In this document: positions 30,308-41,486 of the stretch, one piece after another | How the letters are laid out: each line of letters opens with the position of its first letter | How positions within the stretch are numbered: the stretch's first letter is position 1 | From: Chthoniobacteraceae bacterium | GTDB taxonomy: Bacteria; Verrucomicrobiota; Verrucomicrobiia; Chthoniobacterales; Chthoniobacteraceae | Direction: 5' to 3' | NCBI GenBank assembly: GCA_031409335.1 | Contig: JANNWY010000141.1 | Span: 15,635-79,634 of the forward strand | DNA length: 64,000 nt | Program-made: the position numbers and the translations under genes | The notes under the pieces: generated by a model | The model's database searches: none | The model's input: the letters and a program-made list of their open reading frames with translations, nothing else | What the model was told of the DNA's origin: nothing

Positions 30308-33300
30308 ATGAAGCCCATCAACATCCTGATGAAATCCAAATCCTCCCTCCGCGCCCGCGTCCTCGCGGGCTCCATCGCCGCGCTGCTCGCCATCCAGTCC
30401 GCTTCCGCCGCCACCCTTACTTGGGACTCCAACGGCACCGGCGCCGGCCAGACCGACAGTGCCGGTGTTTGGCTCGCCGCCAACCAGTGGTGGGATGGGG
30501 TGGCCAATGCAACCTGGACCTCCGGCGATGATGCGAGCTTCGGCAACGCCGGTGCCGGCGGTGCCGTCACCCTTGCCAGCCCGACTACCGTCAATTCCCT
30601 GACGTTCAACTCCTTCACCGGCACCTACACGCTCGGCACAGCTACCCAGGCGATCACGCTCAACAACGGCATCACCAAGAACGCCGGCACGGCTGCCATC
30701 ATCATCAGTCCCATCACCCTTGGCGCGGCCCAGAACTGGACGAATAGTTCAACCGGTTTGCTCACCATCGGACCCGCCGCGATGACCAATGGCGGCTTCC
30801 TGCTCACCGTCGCTGGCAGCGGCAACACCACCGTTTCCGGTGTCATCAGCGGTAGCGGCGGCCTCACCAAAATAAATGGTGGCACGCTCACCCTTTCCGG
30901 CGCCAATACCTTCAGCGGCGAAACCACCCTCAACGGCGGAGTCTTGACTGCCAATTCCACCGCTGCCCTGGGTGATGGCAGTGTCACCAACACTCTTATC
31001 TTCACCGGCGGCATCCTGCGGGCGGGCGGGGCGATCACCTCGGCCGCCACGCGCGGCGTGACTCTGACCAGCACCGGCATCATTGATACCAACAACTTTG
31101 CCGTGAGCATCGCCGGTAACATGACTGGCGGCGGCGGCTTGACCAAGGCTGGCTTCGGCAACCTCATCGTCTCCGGCGCCAACAACTACTCCGGTATCAC
31201 CACCGTGAACGCGGGGATACTGACATTCGCCACGCAAGCCTCGCTTTACAACGGCACTCCCGGAAGCTGGACGGCGGCCAATATCAACGTGAAAAGTGGC
31301 GGCACATTGGCCGTGAATGTTGATTCCGCGGGAACCAATGGATTTGACGCCACCAATCTAAACACCCTGATTGGCAATGTCTCGGTGGCCAACACCGCAG
31401 CGGAAGGTTTGCAGAAAGGGGCCAACCTCGGCTTCGACACGTCCACTGCCACCGGGGGACCTTCACCCAAGTCGATGTCATCGCCAATTCCACGGGTAAC
31501 TTTGGCGGCACGATCGGCCTCACCAAACTCGGTGCTGGCACCCTCGTGCTCGACAAAGCCAACACCTACACTGGCCAGACCATCGTCAGCGCCGGCACAC
31601 TTCAGATCGATCCCGCCGGCGTGATCTCTGCGGCTCCGCTGCTCAATAACGGGTCATTGATGGTGAACAAGACCGGCACCCTTACCCAGGGGAACAACTT
31701 CCCCGCCACCATTGGCGGCACCGGCGCGTTGACCTACTCTGGCGGCGGCACGCTGGTTCTGAACGCTCCCAATTATCATTCAGGTGCGACGACCCTCAGC
31801 GCAGGATCCTCCATCACGCTCAGCCACGCCCTCGCGCTTCAGAACAGCGCCCTTGCCACCAGTGCGGGCACCTTCACCCTCAGCGGCATCACCACCCCGA
31901 CCTTCGGCGGCCTCAGCGGCGCGACGGGCAATCTGGCCTCCGTCATCTCCTCTGGCTACGGCGCTGTCACCAATCTCACTCTCAAACCGATCGTGGGTTC
32001 CACCGTCACCTACGGTGGCGTCATCGCCGACGGCGCGGCGGGCATGACTCTCACCAAGACCGGCGCGGGCACGCAGGTTCTCCAGGGTGTCAACCTCTAC
32101 ACCGGCGCGACCACCCTCAACGCTGGAGCCCTGGAACTGAGCGGCGCGGGATCGATCCTCACCACCCCCGGCATCACCCTCGCTGGTAGTGCCCTGACGC
32201 TGACGAACACAGCAGCGGAAACGGGATCCGGTCGCGTGCATGATACCAACGGCATCACCTCCAACGGTGGGACCATCAACTACACCAACAGCTCCGGCGC
32301 GGACGTTTATGCTGAGACGATCGGCCCCGTGGCCCTCACCAGCGGCCAGTTAAACCTCGTCGCGACCACCAATCAGGTGGGTGGCGGCAGCCAGACGCTC
32401 ACGCTCGGCGGTCTCACCCGCACCGGTGCCACCAACACCTCTGCCATCACCTTCTCCGCAGGGACTACCGCACCGAATGCGACCACGAACATCATCGCCA
32501 TCACCGGAACCGCGCAGACCACGGCAGGCCAGATCATCGCGCCTTGGGCGACCACCGGCACCGCCGCAGCCACGCAAACGGACTACGCGATCTACAATGG
32601 CTCGTCACAAGTCGTCCCTGCCGCCATCACAGCTATGGGAGAAGGGAGCTGGCTCACCGCCACCGCCGCGTACTCCTTCAACGCCGCCCAAACCCTGGCG
32701 GCAACTCGGACCATCACTGCTTTACGAAACAGTGCTACATCCAACAATACCTTGGCGCTTGGTAATTTCAATCTACAAACCTATGGACTTCTGCAAGGCG
32801 CGGGAGCGCAGACCAACCTCACCATCAGCAGTGCGGGCACGGGTGCGCTGACCACTCCCGGCGGCGGTGGCAACCTTTATCTCACGGCAGGAATTCTCCA
32901 AACCGGTGGGCCGGGAACTGCGCTTATTGTCAGCGCCCGGATCAATGACAACGGCGGAGCCGTCACCGTGGTGAAGAGTGGTGCAGGCACTCTCACGCTT
33001 TCCAGCACCACCAGCAACTACAGTGGTGGCATCGTCATCAATGGGGGGACTCTGTCTGCCGCCCTGGATACCAATCTCGGTGCCCCCGGCTTTGCCAACG
33101 GCATCACCTTCAATGGCTCTGCTTTCATGGCTCCTGGATCCGTCACCTACGCACGCAATGTCACGGTCAATAACGGTGCCATCGCGACTTTCACTCAAAA
33201 TAATCCCACCTTCAGCGGCGACCTCACGGGAACCGGTGGCGTCTCCACCGGAGGTGGCTTCGGCAACCAAGTGACCTTCAGCGGAACCGGCAACACCTTT

Positions 33301-34404
33301 GAAGGCCCCGCCCTCATTGCAGGCACGGGTATAACCGGTCAGGCCTATCGCCTCGTGTTCTCCAGCCTCGCCGACAGCGCCACCGCCAATGGTCGCATCC
33401 GATTTTCTGCCAGCGCAGTAACCCATGCGAATGGCTCCGTCTTCGAATACAACGGAAGCACGCCCCTGACGCTCGCCAACCGCCAGCTCGAACTCGCTGC
33501 CGCCACCACCAACCCCGTCAACGGCCACCAGATCCGCAGCAGCGGCACCGGCACGTTCACCATCAACACCGACCTCATCGTCAGCACTGCCGTCGCCCAA
33601 ACGCTGTCCCTCCGCGGCGCCAACACCGGCGCGAATACCTTCGCCGGCAAGATCGTTGACGGCCCGGGTGCGGTGATCAGCCTGACGAAGTTGGATGTCG
33701 CCGCTTGGGTGCTCTCCGGCGCGAACACCTACACGGGCTCGACCACAGTGGGCGCGGGAACCTTGGTCGCGACCAATGCAACGGCGCTTGGGACCACGGC
33801 CCTCGGCACGACCGTGACGAGCGGCGCAACCCTCGACGTGCAAGCCGACATCACCACTGAGGCAATCAGCGTCGGCGGCAACGGGGTCGGCGGCATTGGG
33901 GCTTTGATCGCCAGCACCGGCACCGGCACCAGCAGCGGACTGGTCACGCTCACGGCCAATACCAGCATCGGCGGTGACGGCATTCTCAACGTCAACGGGG
34001 TGGTCGCGGCGGGCGCGTTCACGCTGACCAAAGTGGGTGCCGGCACGACCAACTTCGGAGCCACCAGCACCATGACCAGCGTGGGCACCCTGACGACCAG
34101 CGGCGGCACCACCACGGTCGCCAGCGCGCTCGGCACGGGCACCTCGATCGTGAACGCCAATGCCACGACCAACTTCAGCACCAGCCAGACGCTGGCGGCG
34201 TTGAATATCAGCGACGGTGCCGTGGTGACCCTGGGCGCTGCTGCCCTGGCACCCGCCCCGGAATTTGCCGCTGGATTTGACGGCGGGGAAACACTGGCTG
34301 CGGCAGCGGGAGTGGCGTCGGTGCCCGAGCCCGGTTCCATTGGCCTCGTGCTGGCCGGGGCGCTCGCTGTCCTCGGTCGGCGGCGGCGGACAACGAGCGC
34401 TTAA
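30308..34404 (+). pseudogene. PEP-CTERM autotransporter-repeat protein with a single frameshift at G5 (31454-31458)
   Basis: Signal peptide MKSKSSLRARVLAGSIAALLAIQSASA and ANT(F/Y)SG repeats. Adding one G gives STATGGTFTQVDVIANSTG..LTKLGAGTL, joining ORF 31546-34404, which ends in VPEPG-TM-RRRR. Could be phase variation or a sequencing error. Confidence 0.8.
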
Positions 34405-34489
34405 AACTTTTCCCGGGGCTCTTGACGGGGGTTCCGGTCAGACTGGGGAGAGGCGGCGAAAGGCGTTCCTCGCGGGGATGGTCGTGATG

Positions 34490-34504
34490 GATCAAATACT
34501 GATC
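34490..34504. promoter_or_regulatory. Putative operator palindrome GATCA-N5-TGATC (copy 2)
   Basis: gatcaaatactgatc within a ~280-bp duplicated upstream block. Confidence 0.5.
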
Positions 34505-34652
34505 TATGTGAAAAACAAAGAACCTTTGCGTTGCGAGCGGAGGCGGCCAGTCTTCGTTGGAATATTCTTTCACCTTGTCTCCCCACCGTTGGGAGACACG
34601 GAGGAGAGGCCACTGCCACAAACATCTCCACAAGAAAAAATACCCGCACCCC

Positions 34653-37600
34653 ATGAACCACATTGTGAAATCCAAGTCCTCGCTCCGCGCCGCCATCCTT
34701 GCCGGATCCATCGCGGCAATGCTCGCCCACCTCGCCGCGCCTTCCGCGTCCGCAGTCACTTACTACTGGGATAACAATGGAGCCACAGCCGGTTTCGGCA
34801 CGGCGGGTGGCACGTGGGCGGCACCGACCACCGGCAATGCCACGCAGGGCTGGAGCACGGACGCCACTGGGGTCACGCTCCCCGGAGACATCACGACCGC
34901 GACCACCGACCTCCTCAACTTCGGCAACGGCGCGACGGGCCTCGCCGCGGGCACCATCACCGTCAGCGGTACGGTGGATGCCGGGGATATGACCTTCGCA
35001 TCCGGCTCGGGTGCCATCGTGCTTTCGGGCGGCACGATCAATCTGGCGTCCGCCGAAACCATTACCGTCAACAACCCGACTGACACCATCAGCTCCATCC
35101 TCGCAGGCGCGACCACCAGCCTGACTAAGGCTGGCACCGGCACACTGGTCCTCTCCGGAGCCAATACCTATAGCGGCACGACGAACGTCAGCGCGGGCAC
35201 GCTGCGGTTTAATTCCGCCGGCACCATCGGCGGCAGCGGTCGTAGCGTCACCGTGGCCAACGGCGCGACCGTGGCGCTCGGTAGCGGCTACACGATCGAC
35301 AACGCCTTCCTGAATCGTTTGGTGGAAAACAGCAATGCCTTTAACGTCAACTACGTGACCACTGCGGCCAACTCTACGGTTTCATCCGCCCTCGACTTCA
35401 GTAGCGCCACTGGGGCCAACCTGCCAAATGCCGTGTTCGCGGCGACCCCTCCGGGTACCGGCAACTTCAGCACCACTTATAACGGCATCCTGACACCCGG
35501 CAGCAATGGCTATCGTTTCGGCAACCTGAATACCAACAATAATTTTGGCAACTCCACCGTGTTCACTGTGGCGAGTGCATTGTCGGGAGCGAGCAATTCA
35601 GTAGTGATTTCCGGGACATCGCCCGTTTACCTAACTGGGGCCAACCCCTCATACGGCGGAGGAACCATAGTGAACGCTGGTGCCGCGCTCGGATTTAGCA
35701 CCACGGTCGTTACTGGCTTGGCTGCGGGCAGCATCCAAGTGGGAGCAGGTGCTACCATTTTGCGCGCGGGCGGTAATTTGGACAACGCCTTCCTGACTCG
35801 CTTGGCCCCCACCACCAACGCCTTCACGATCGTCGCGAACAATGGCGGTAGCGGCGCGGCCCTTGATCTCACCAACTTCCCGAACGCCAGCCTCGCGACT
35901 TGGGACAACGCGGGCACCCAAATATTCGCCTTCAGCGGCACGATCACGCCGGCCAACAACACGTACCGCTTCGGTAGTACAAGAGCCAGTAACAACATGA
36001 ATCTAACCGTCGCCAATGCTTTGACCGGTGCTCGCTCGGTGGTTCTTAGTGGTGGAAATCTGAGGCTCGCGGCAACCATGGACTTTACCGGCCCGATCAC
36101 TATCAACGCCGGAACATTCACCATCGGGAGTCCAGTTGTCGCCTTCCCCACCACAGGGAACGGCCAGATCGGTGGGGGCAACTATGCCGGCAACATCCTC
36201 AACAATGGCACCGTGGCCCATACTTCGAGTCTCGATCAGACCCTCTCCGGCGTCATCAGCGGTAGCGGAGCGGTGACGAAAACTTTCACGACTTCTACTG
36301 GTGCAAATGCCGGGACTTGGGGCACGACCAGCACCTTGACGCTCTCGGGCGCGAACACCTACACCGGCGTGTCATCAGTCCTAGCCGGGACGCTGTCCTT
36401 CAGTTCCATTGCCAACGTCAGCGGCGGCAGCAGTAGTCTTGGAGCCCCGATCACCACGGCTGCCGGCACCATCGCGATTGGCACCACCACCACCGGCGGA
36501 GGCATCAGGTACACGGGCAGCGGCCACACCAGCAACCGCGTCATCAATCTTGCGGGAACCACCGGCGGGGCCACCATCGACGCCTCGGGCGGCGGCGCAT
36601 TGGTCCTCACGTCCGCCCTGACGGCCACCGGCGCGGGCAGCAAGACGCTGACGCTAACCGGCACCAACACGGGCGACAACATCATCGGCGGGGCCATCGT
36701 CAACAACTCCGTCACCAACATCACCTCGCTGACCAAGACCGGCGCGGGCACCTGGGTGCTCGCCGGTGCCAGCACCTACGGCGGTACGACCACCGTGAAT
36801 GCCGGCACGCTCAAGTTGGACTACAGCACACAGAATAGCAGCAAGCTCTCCGACAGCGCCGTGCTGGTGCTCGGCGGCGGCACCCTCGATCTCAGCGGCG
36901 GCTCGCACCCGGAAATCGTGGCCTCGACCACGCTGACGGCCGGCCCGGCTTCCCGCCTGACGAGCAGCACCCCGGGTTCAGTGCTGCGGATGAAAACCAT
37001 CACGCCAAATGTCGGCGCCACCATCAATTTCTCTGCGGTCGGTATTGCCACGACGGACAACCCAAACATCAATGACATTCTCGGCCCCTGGGCCACGGTC
37101 GGCGGCACCGATTGGGCGGTGAATTCCACCAACGCCGGTGACGGCCCAATAACCGCCTACGCTGGCTACACGGACATCGCGGCGCAGGGTCCCGCCAGCA
37201 CCATCGCTGACGGTGCCGCCACGAATGTGCGCATCGTTGCCGACGGCACGATCGGCAACATCGAGCTGGGTGCCACCACCACGACGATCAACACCTTGCT
37301 GCAGAACAATGCCAACTTCGCCGCCACCATCAACACTGCCGCCAAGACACTGCGCACCGACGGCATTTGGATCACCAGTGGCAAGGCGGCGCTGACCGTC
37401 GGCGCGGCCGTCGGCAATGGCTCCCTGACCGCCGCCACCGCTGGCGGCAATCTGCTGCTCATCAATGACAGCGCCAGTCAGAATCTCACCATCAACGCCG
37501 TCATTGCCGACAACGGCTCAACGTCGTCCCTCAGCAAGACCGGCACCGGCACGCTGGTCCTCAACGGTGCCAACACCTTCGCCGGCGGGACCACCCTCGG

Positions 37601-39587
37601 TGCCGGAACACTCGTCATCGGCAACGACGGCGCGCTCGGTTCCGGCCCATTCACCATCGCCGGCGGAGCGGTGGCTGCCACGGGAACCATAGTGACCTTC
37701 AACCCCGTGGTCGCCAATGGCGATTTTAGCATCACCGGAACCGGCACACTGACTCTCGGCGATATGACCATGGGTGCCAACAGCGCCATCACCAATAACA
37801 ACACCACGGGCACCACCACCCTCGGAGCCATCTTCGGCCCAAGCACGGCCCTCACGTTCGCCGGCAACGGCAACACGGACGTGGCCGGCAGCATCGACAC
37901 GGGCACCGGCGCGCTGACCAAGACTGGCACTGGCACGCTCACCCTCATCGGTGCCAACACCTATTCAGGCGCAACGACTATCAGTGGAGGCATCGTGAAA
38001 CTGACTGGCAATCGCTTCGCAAGTGCGGGGCGTATCAATGTGACATCCGGTGCGGTCCTTGAAATCAGCAATGGGTCATACTCACTGGGTGCCAATAGCT
38101 TTAGCGTTGGAGGCACCTCTGGTACCAGCCAAGTCAGGCAAAACAGTGACGGCGTAAATACTGCATTCATTTCATTCTCCGGAGGAGAGCAGGTTTTGAT
38201 AGGCAATGACACGGGTGACGGAATCTATGACCTCAGTGCTGGCACCTTGGCGACCGTCGCCGGGCCGGGCGGGCGCGGGGTCATTCTTGGGGCAAATGCC
38301 GGGAGAAGCGGCTTCTTCAACCTCAGCGACACCGGGACCCTGAGCATGACCAGTGGGTCGGTATTGCAGATCGGCCGTTCCGACGCTGCCGGTGCCACGG
38401 GAACGACTGGGATTTTCACTCAGACCGGAGTCAGCAGCACTGCCGTCGTCGGCGATCTCCGGATCGGTGGAGCCAGTGCCACAAATAGTGCCAATACCAC
38501 GGGCACGCTGAACCTGTCGGGCGGCACGTTCTCCGCCGTCACCTTCACGAACCTCTCGGGCGGCAATAACAGCGTATCGACCATCAACATCAGTGGCACG
38601 GCCGATGTCACCCTGCCCGCCTTCCCGACGGCGCGCGGAACTGGCGCCACGGCGACCATCACCTTCGACGGCGGTATCCTGAAGCCGACCGCAGCCAGCG
38701 CGACCTACATGGGTGGCCTGACCAATACCTTCATCAAGGCGGGCGGCGCGAAGTTCGACACCACCAATGGCAGCATTACCATCACCCAATCCCTGCTGAC
38801 GGATGCGGTATCCACCGGTGGCGGACTGACCAAGGAAGGTGGAAACACGCTGAACCTCACCGGCACCAACACCTACACGGGCGCGACGACGGTCAGCGGC
38901 GGCACGCTGCAATTTTCCACGACGGCGGCGCTTTACAACGGCACCACGCCAAGCTGGACAGCAGCCAACCTAAAGGTGGCCAGCGCCGCCACGCTCGCCT
39001 TCAAGGTGGGTGGGGCAAACGAGTTCACCACCGGCGATGTCACCACTCTCCTGACCAATCTGGGGGGCGCGAACGGGACGAGCACCACCGGATTCGCCGC
39101 GGATTCATCCATCGGCTTTGACACCACGAACGCTGCCGGCGGCACCTTCACGATCGCGGATCTCATCGGCGACTCCACCGGCATCGGCGGCGGCGCGGTG
39201 GGCATGACCAAGCTGGGCATTAACACCCTGACCCTCACCGCCAATAACACCTACACCGGCGAAACCAATGTGAACGGCGGCACGCTCAACATCAACGGAA
39301 CCCTCGGAGCAGGCGCGAACGTCGTGAATGCCAATGCCGGCGTGACCAATTTCGGCGTGAGCCAGACGCTGGCAGCCTTGAACATCGGCGATGGAGCCGT
39401 CGTGACCCTGGGCGCTGCCGCCCCAGCCTTCGCCTCAGCCCCGGAATTTGCCGGTGGATTTGACGGCGGGGAAACACTGGCTGCGACAACGGGAGTGGCC
39501 TCGGTCCCCGAGCCCGGTGCCATTGGCCTGCTGCTGGCCGGCGCGCTCGCTTTCCTCGGTCGCAGGCGGAGGACAACGATCGCTTAA
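34653..39587 (+). CDS. Large PEP-CTERM protein with autotransporter-associated beta-strand repeats
   Basis: Signal peptide MNHIVKSKSSLRAAILAGSIAA, many LTK.G.GTL.L.GANTY.G.T repeats, C-terminal VPEPG-TM-RRRR. Confidence 0.92.
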   Translation: MNHIVKSKSSLRAAILAGSIAAMLAHLAAPSASAVTYYWDNNGATAGFGTAGGTWAAPTTGNATQGWSTDATGVTLPGDITTATTDLLNFGNGATGLAAGTITVSGTVDAGDMTFASGSGAIVLSGGTINLASAETITVNNPTDTISSILAGATTSLTKAGTGTLVLSGANTYSGTTNVSAGTLRFNSAGTIGGSGRSVTVANGATVALGSGYTIDNAFLNRLVENSNAFNVNYVTTAANSTVSSALDFSSATGANLPNAVFAATPPGTGNFSTTYNGILTPGSNGYRFGNLNTNNNFGNSTVFTVASALSGASNSVVISGTSPVYLTGANPSYGGGTIVNAGAALGFSTTVVTGLAAGSIQVGAGATILRAGGNLDNAFLTRLAPTTNAFTIVANNGGSGAALDLTNFPNASLATWDNAGTQIFAFSGTITPANNTYRFGSTRASNNMNLTVANALTGARSVVLSGGNLRLAATMDFTGPITINAGTFTIGSPVVAFPTTGNGQIGGGNYAGNILNNGTVAHTSSLDQTLSGVISGSGAVTKTFTTSTGANAGTWGTTSTLTLSGANTYTGVSSVLAGTLSFSSIANVSGGSSSLGAPITTAAGTIAIGTTTTGGGIRYTGSGHTSNRVINLAGTTGGATIDASGGGALVLTSALTATGAGSKTLTLTGTNTGDNIIGGAIVNNSVTNITSLTKTGAGTWVLAGASTYGGTTTVNAGTLKLDYSTQNSSKLSDSAVLVLGGGTLDLSGGSHPEIVASTTLTAGPASRLTSSTPGSVLRMKTITPNVGATINFSAVGIATTDNPNINDILGPWATVGGTDWAVNSTNAGDGPITAYAGYTDIAAQGPASTIADGAATNVRIVADGTIGNIELGATTTTINTLLQNNANFAATINTAAKTLRTDGIWITSGKAALTVGAAVGNGSLTAATAGGNLLLINDSASQNLTINAVIADNGSTSSLSKTGTGTLVLNGANTFAGGTTLGAGTLVIGNDGALGSGPFTIAGGAVAATGTIVTFNPVVANGDFSITGTGTLTLGDMTMGANSAITNNNTTGTTTLGAIFGPSTALTFAGNGNTDVAGSIDTGTGALTKTGTGTLTLIGANTYSGATTISGGIVKLTGNRFASAGRINVTSGAVLEISNGSYSLGANSFSVGGTSGTSQVRQNSDGVNTAFISFSGGEQVLIGNDTGDGIYDLSAGTLATVAGPGGRGVILGANAGRSGFFNLSDTGTLSMTSGSVLQIGRSDAAGATGTTGIFTQTGVSSTAVVGDLRIGGASATNSANTTGTLNLSGGTFSAVTFTNLSGGNNSVSTINISGTADVTLPAFPTARGTGATATITFDGGILKPTAASATYMGGLTNTFIKAGGAKFDTTNGSITITQSLLTDAVSTGGGLTKEGGNTLNLTGTNTYTGATTVSGGTLQFSTTAALYNGTTPSWTAANLKVASAATLAFKVGGANEFTTGDVTTLLTNLGGANGTSTTGFAADSSIGFDTTNAAGGTFTIADLIGDSTGIGGGAVGMTKLGINTLTLTANNTYTGETNVNGGTLNINGTLGAGANVVNANAGVTNFGVSQTLAALNIGDGAVVTLGAAAPAFASAPEFAGGFDGGETLAATTGVASVPEPGAIGLLLAGALAFLGRRRRTTIA

Positions 39588-39704
39588 TACTTTTCCCTAG
39601 GTTTCTTGACGGGGGTCTCGGGATCATAGCCCGGAGTTTCTTGACGGGATCTCCGGGCAGACTGGGGAGCCAGTAGGTGGCGGGGCCGTTGGGGAACGGC
39701 TCCG

Positions 39705-40075
39705 TCACCACCCTGTTTTGCGCATGAAGTCTCCGCATAGATTAATCCGAGTATGAGTTCCCAAATGAGGGAACGGGTCGGCCAGGGTGAGGCCCAGGAA
39801 GTTCACAAAGCTCAAGTCCTTGCGAATCTGGCGCTTCAGAGCTTGGTGGGAAAGGTTGTGCAGGCGGCCCGGAACGAGGGCTTTGAACATCAAAAGCGGA
39901 TCGAAGGGCCGCTGCCCTCCGGGGCATTTGGGGGAGACGGCCACCAAGGCTCCGAGCATTGGCCGGATTAACTCCCAAACGATGGCTTCTTGCAGCCGCA
40001 ACGTTGGATCCTGCATCGTGCGCAGATGCTCGATGGGCTCGGCGCCTTCGAAAAAAATCCGAAAGGCTTACTGGC
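39705..40075 (-). mobile_element. IS5-family transposase N-terminal remnant (pseudogene)
   Basis: GGQRPFDPLLMFKALV..LHNLS...L..QI..DLSF..FLGL.LADP matches the IS5 DUF772 N-terminus. Truncated, with no DDE domain. Confidence 0.8.
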
Positions 40076-40331
40076 TTTGTAGCGTGGCAAGGCAGCTTTT
40101 AACTGTCGCCCGCCTTTTGTAGAGACTTACTCACGGACTTTCAGTTCCCATGGGTTCCCTGAAATCGCAGCGCAATATCGTCGGCCTCCAAGTGCAATTG
40201 CACCGCGACTCGCGAAGATTGGAGGTTATCCTCGTATATCTCGCGGGACGCTCGGCGCTCCAGTCCGTCTGGCTCCGGTCGAAATACCCGTTTTTTAGAC
40301 GCGGCTTGGGCGCGCTATGGCTGACGTCTCG

Positions 40332-41357
40332 CTACGCGCCCATGCCATCCTCGAAACTCCCGGCTGCCGGAGTGATGAGCAGATTGTCGCGCACGTAGGC
40401 AACGCCGTTGGCGCTGGTGCTGTCGAGGTCGCGATGCGCACTTTCGGCTTCGACGACGAGCGGCGCGGTTTTCGTGCCCTGAAGCTGGCAGTAGCGCGAT
40501 GGGTAGCCGATTTTCAGCAGGAGTTCCACGTAGCGATTCATGTTCAGGTCGCCGCTCGGCAGATCGGTGAATTGCATCGCGCGATCGGTCCAGTTTGGCT
40601 GGAGCGTGCGCAGCGGGAAGCCGGGGCGGATCACGAAATTCTTCACGTGCGCGGCGCAGACATACTCGCCGACTTTCAGGAAACGTGTCTCCCACGATTC
40701 GCCTTCCCAGCAGTGCGACGGATCAGCGTTCACAGCCATACATTTGTCATCACCCGTGATTTTGACGAGTGAGAGGAATTCGTCCGCGGTCGCGGCAGCG
40801 GTGCCGGGGTGAATTTCGTGGCAAAGTTTGATGCCGAGCTTGCGCGCGTGGTCGCGGATTTTCTTCGTCTTCTTCACGAAGCGATCCTTGCCTTCCTTGA
40901 TCAAATCGTAGCCTGGCCCCGCCCAGAAGCCCCACGGATAGCCCGTCGCCGCCTCCCAGCCAAACGCGACGCCCCAAAACATCGGCAGCACTTTCACGCC
41001 GAGTTCGGCGGTGAGATCGAGCAATTTCAGGACGTAATTCTCCGCCCACTTTTCGATGTCAGCGGGAGATTTTTTCGCGACATCCGGCGGGATGAATGGG
41101 CGGATCGTCGGCGAGCCGGTCCACGCGGTCGTATGGACCCAAATCGGGCAGTGCGCGCTGATGCCGTCGAGCAGCATCCCGGCGTTGTCGAAGGTCGCGC
41201 GGATTTCTTTAGCGGACTTAAAAAGTTTGCCGCCTTGCAGCATGTAGTTGCTCGGTTGCGCGCCGGCCGCGCCACTGCGTTTCGCGTATGCGAGAAAGTC
41301 GGCGAGTGATTTTGCGCCGTGTTGAGCGCCTTCGATGGAGGAATGATAGCAGGACAT
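40332..41357 (-). CDS. Sugar phosphate isomerase/epimerase (xylose-isomerase-like TIM barrel, IolE/AP-endonuclease-2 fold)
   Basis: Metal-ligand motifs HEIHP, DPSH, HVK and VEAE. Start at MSCYHSSIEG. Confidence 0.85.
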   Translation of the reverse strand: MSCYHSSIEGAQHGAKSLADFLAYAKRSGAAGAQPSNYMLQGGKLFKSAKEIRATFDNAGMLLDGISAHCPIWVHTTAWTGSPTIRPFIPPDVAKKSPADIEKWAENYVLKLLDLTAELGVKVLPMFWGVAFGWEAATGYPWGFWAGPGYDLIKEGKDRFVKKTKKIRDHARKLGIKLCHEIHPGTAAATADEFLSLVKITGDDKCMAVNADPSHCWEGESWETRFLKVGEYVCAAHVKNFVIRPGFPLRTLQPNWTDRAMQFTDLPSGDLNMNRYVELLLKIGYPSRYCQLQGTKTAPLVVEAESAHRDLDSTSANGVAYVRDNLLITPAAGSFEDGMGA

Positions 41358-41486
41358 ATTGGTGGAAGTTTGGAGGTTGGTTTGTGGCAACCGCATCCGT
41401 GTAGCGAGTGCCCGGGCTTCGTGCAAATCGGAAGTTGTTTCCGCTCTAATCTCGACGGCGCGGGAAATCGCGCCTACATCTGACTG

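Noticed and set aside
34183..39669. DGR template/variable repeat pair in the PEP-CTERM 3' ends
   Set aside because: Differences are not adenine-specific, both copies are coding, and there is no reverse transcriptase in the window.
39727..40128. aagtctc / gagactt as TIRs of the IS5 remnant
   Set aside because: Only 7 bp, and no target duplication was found.
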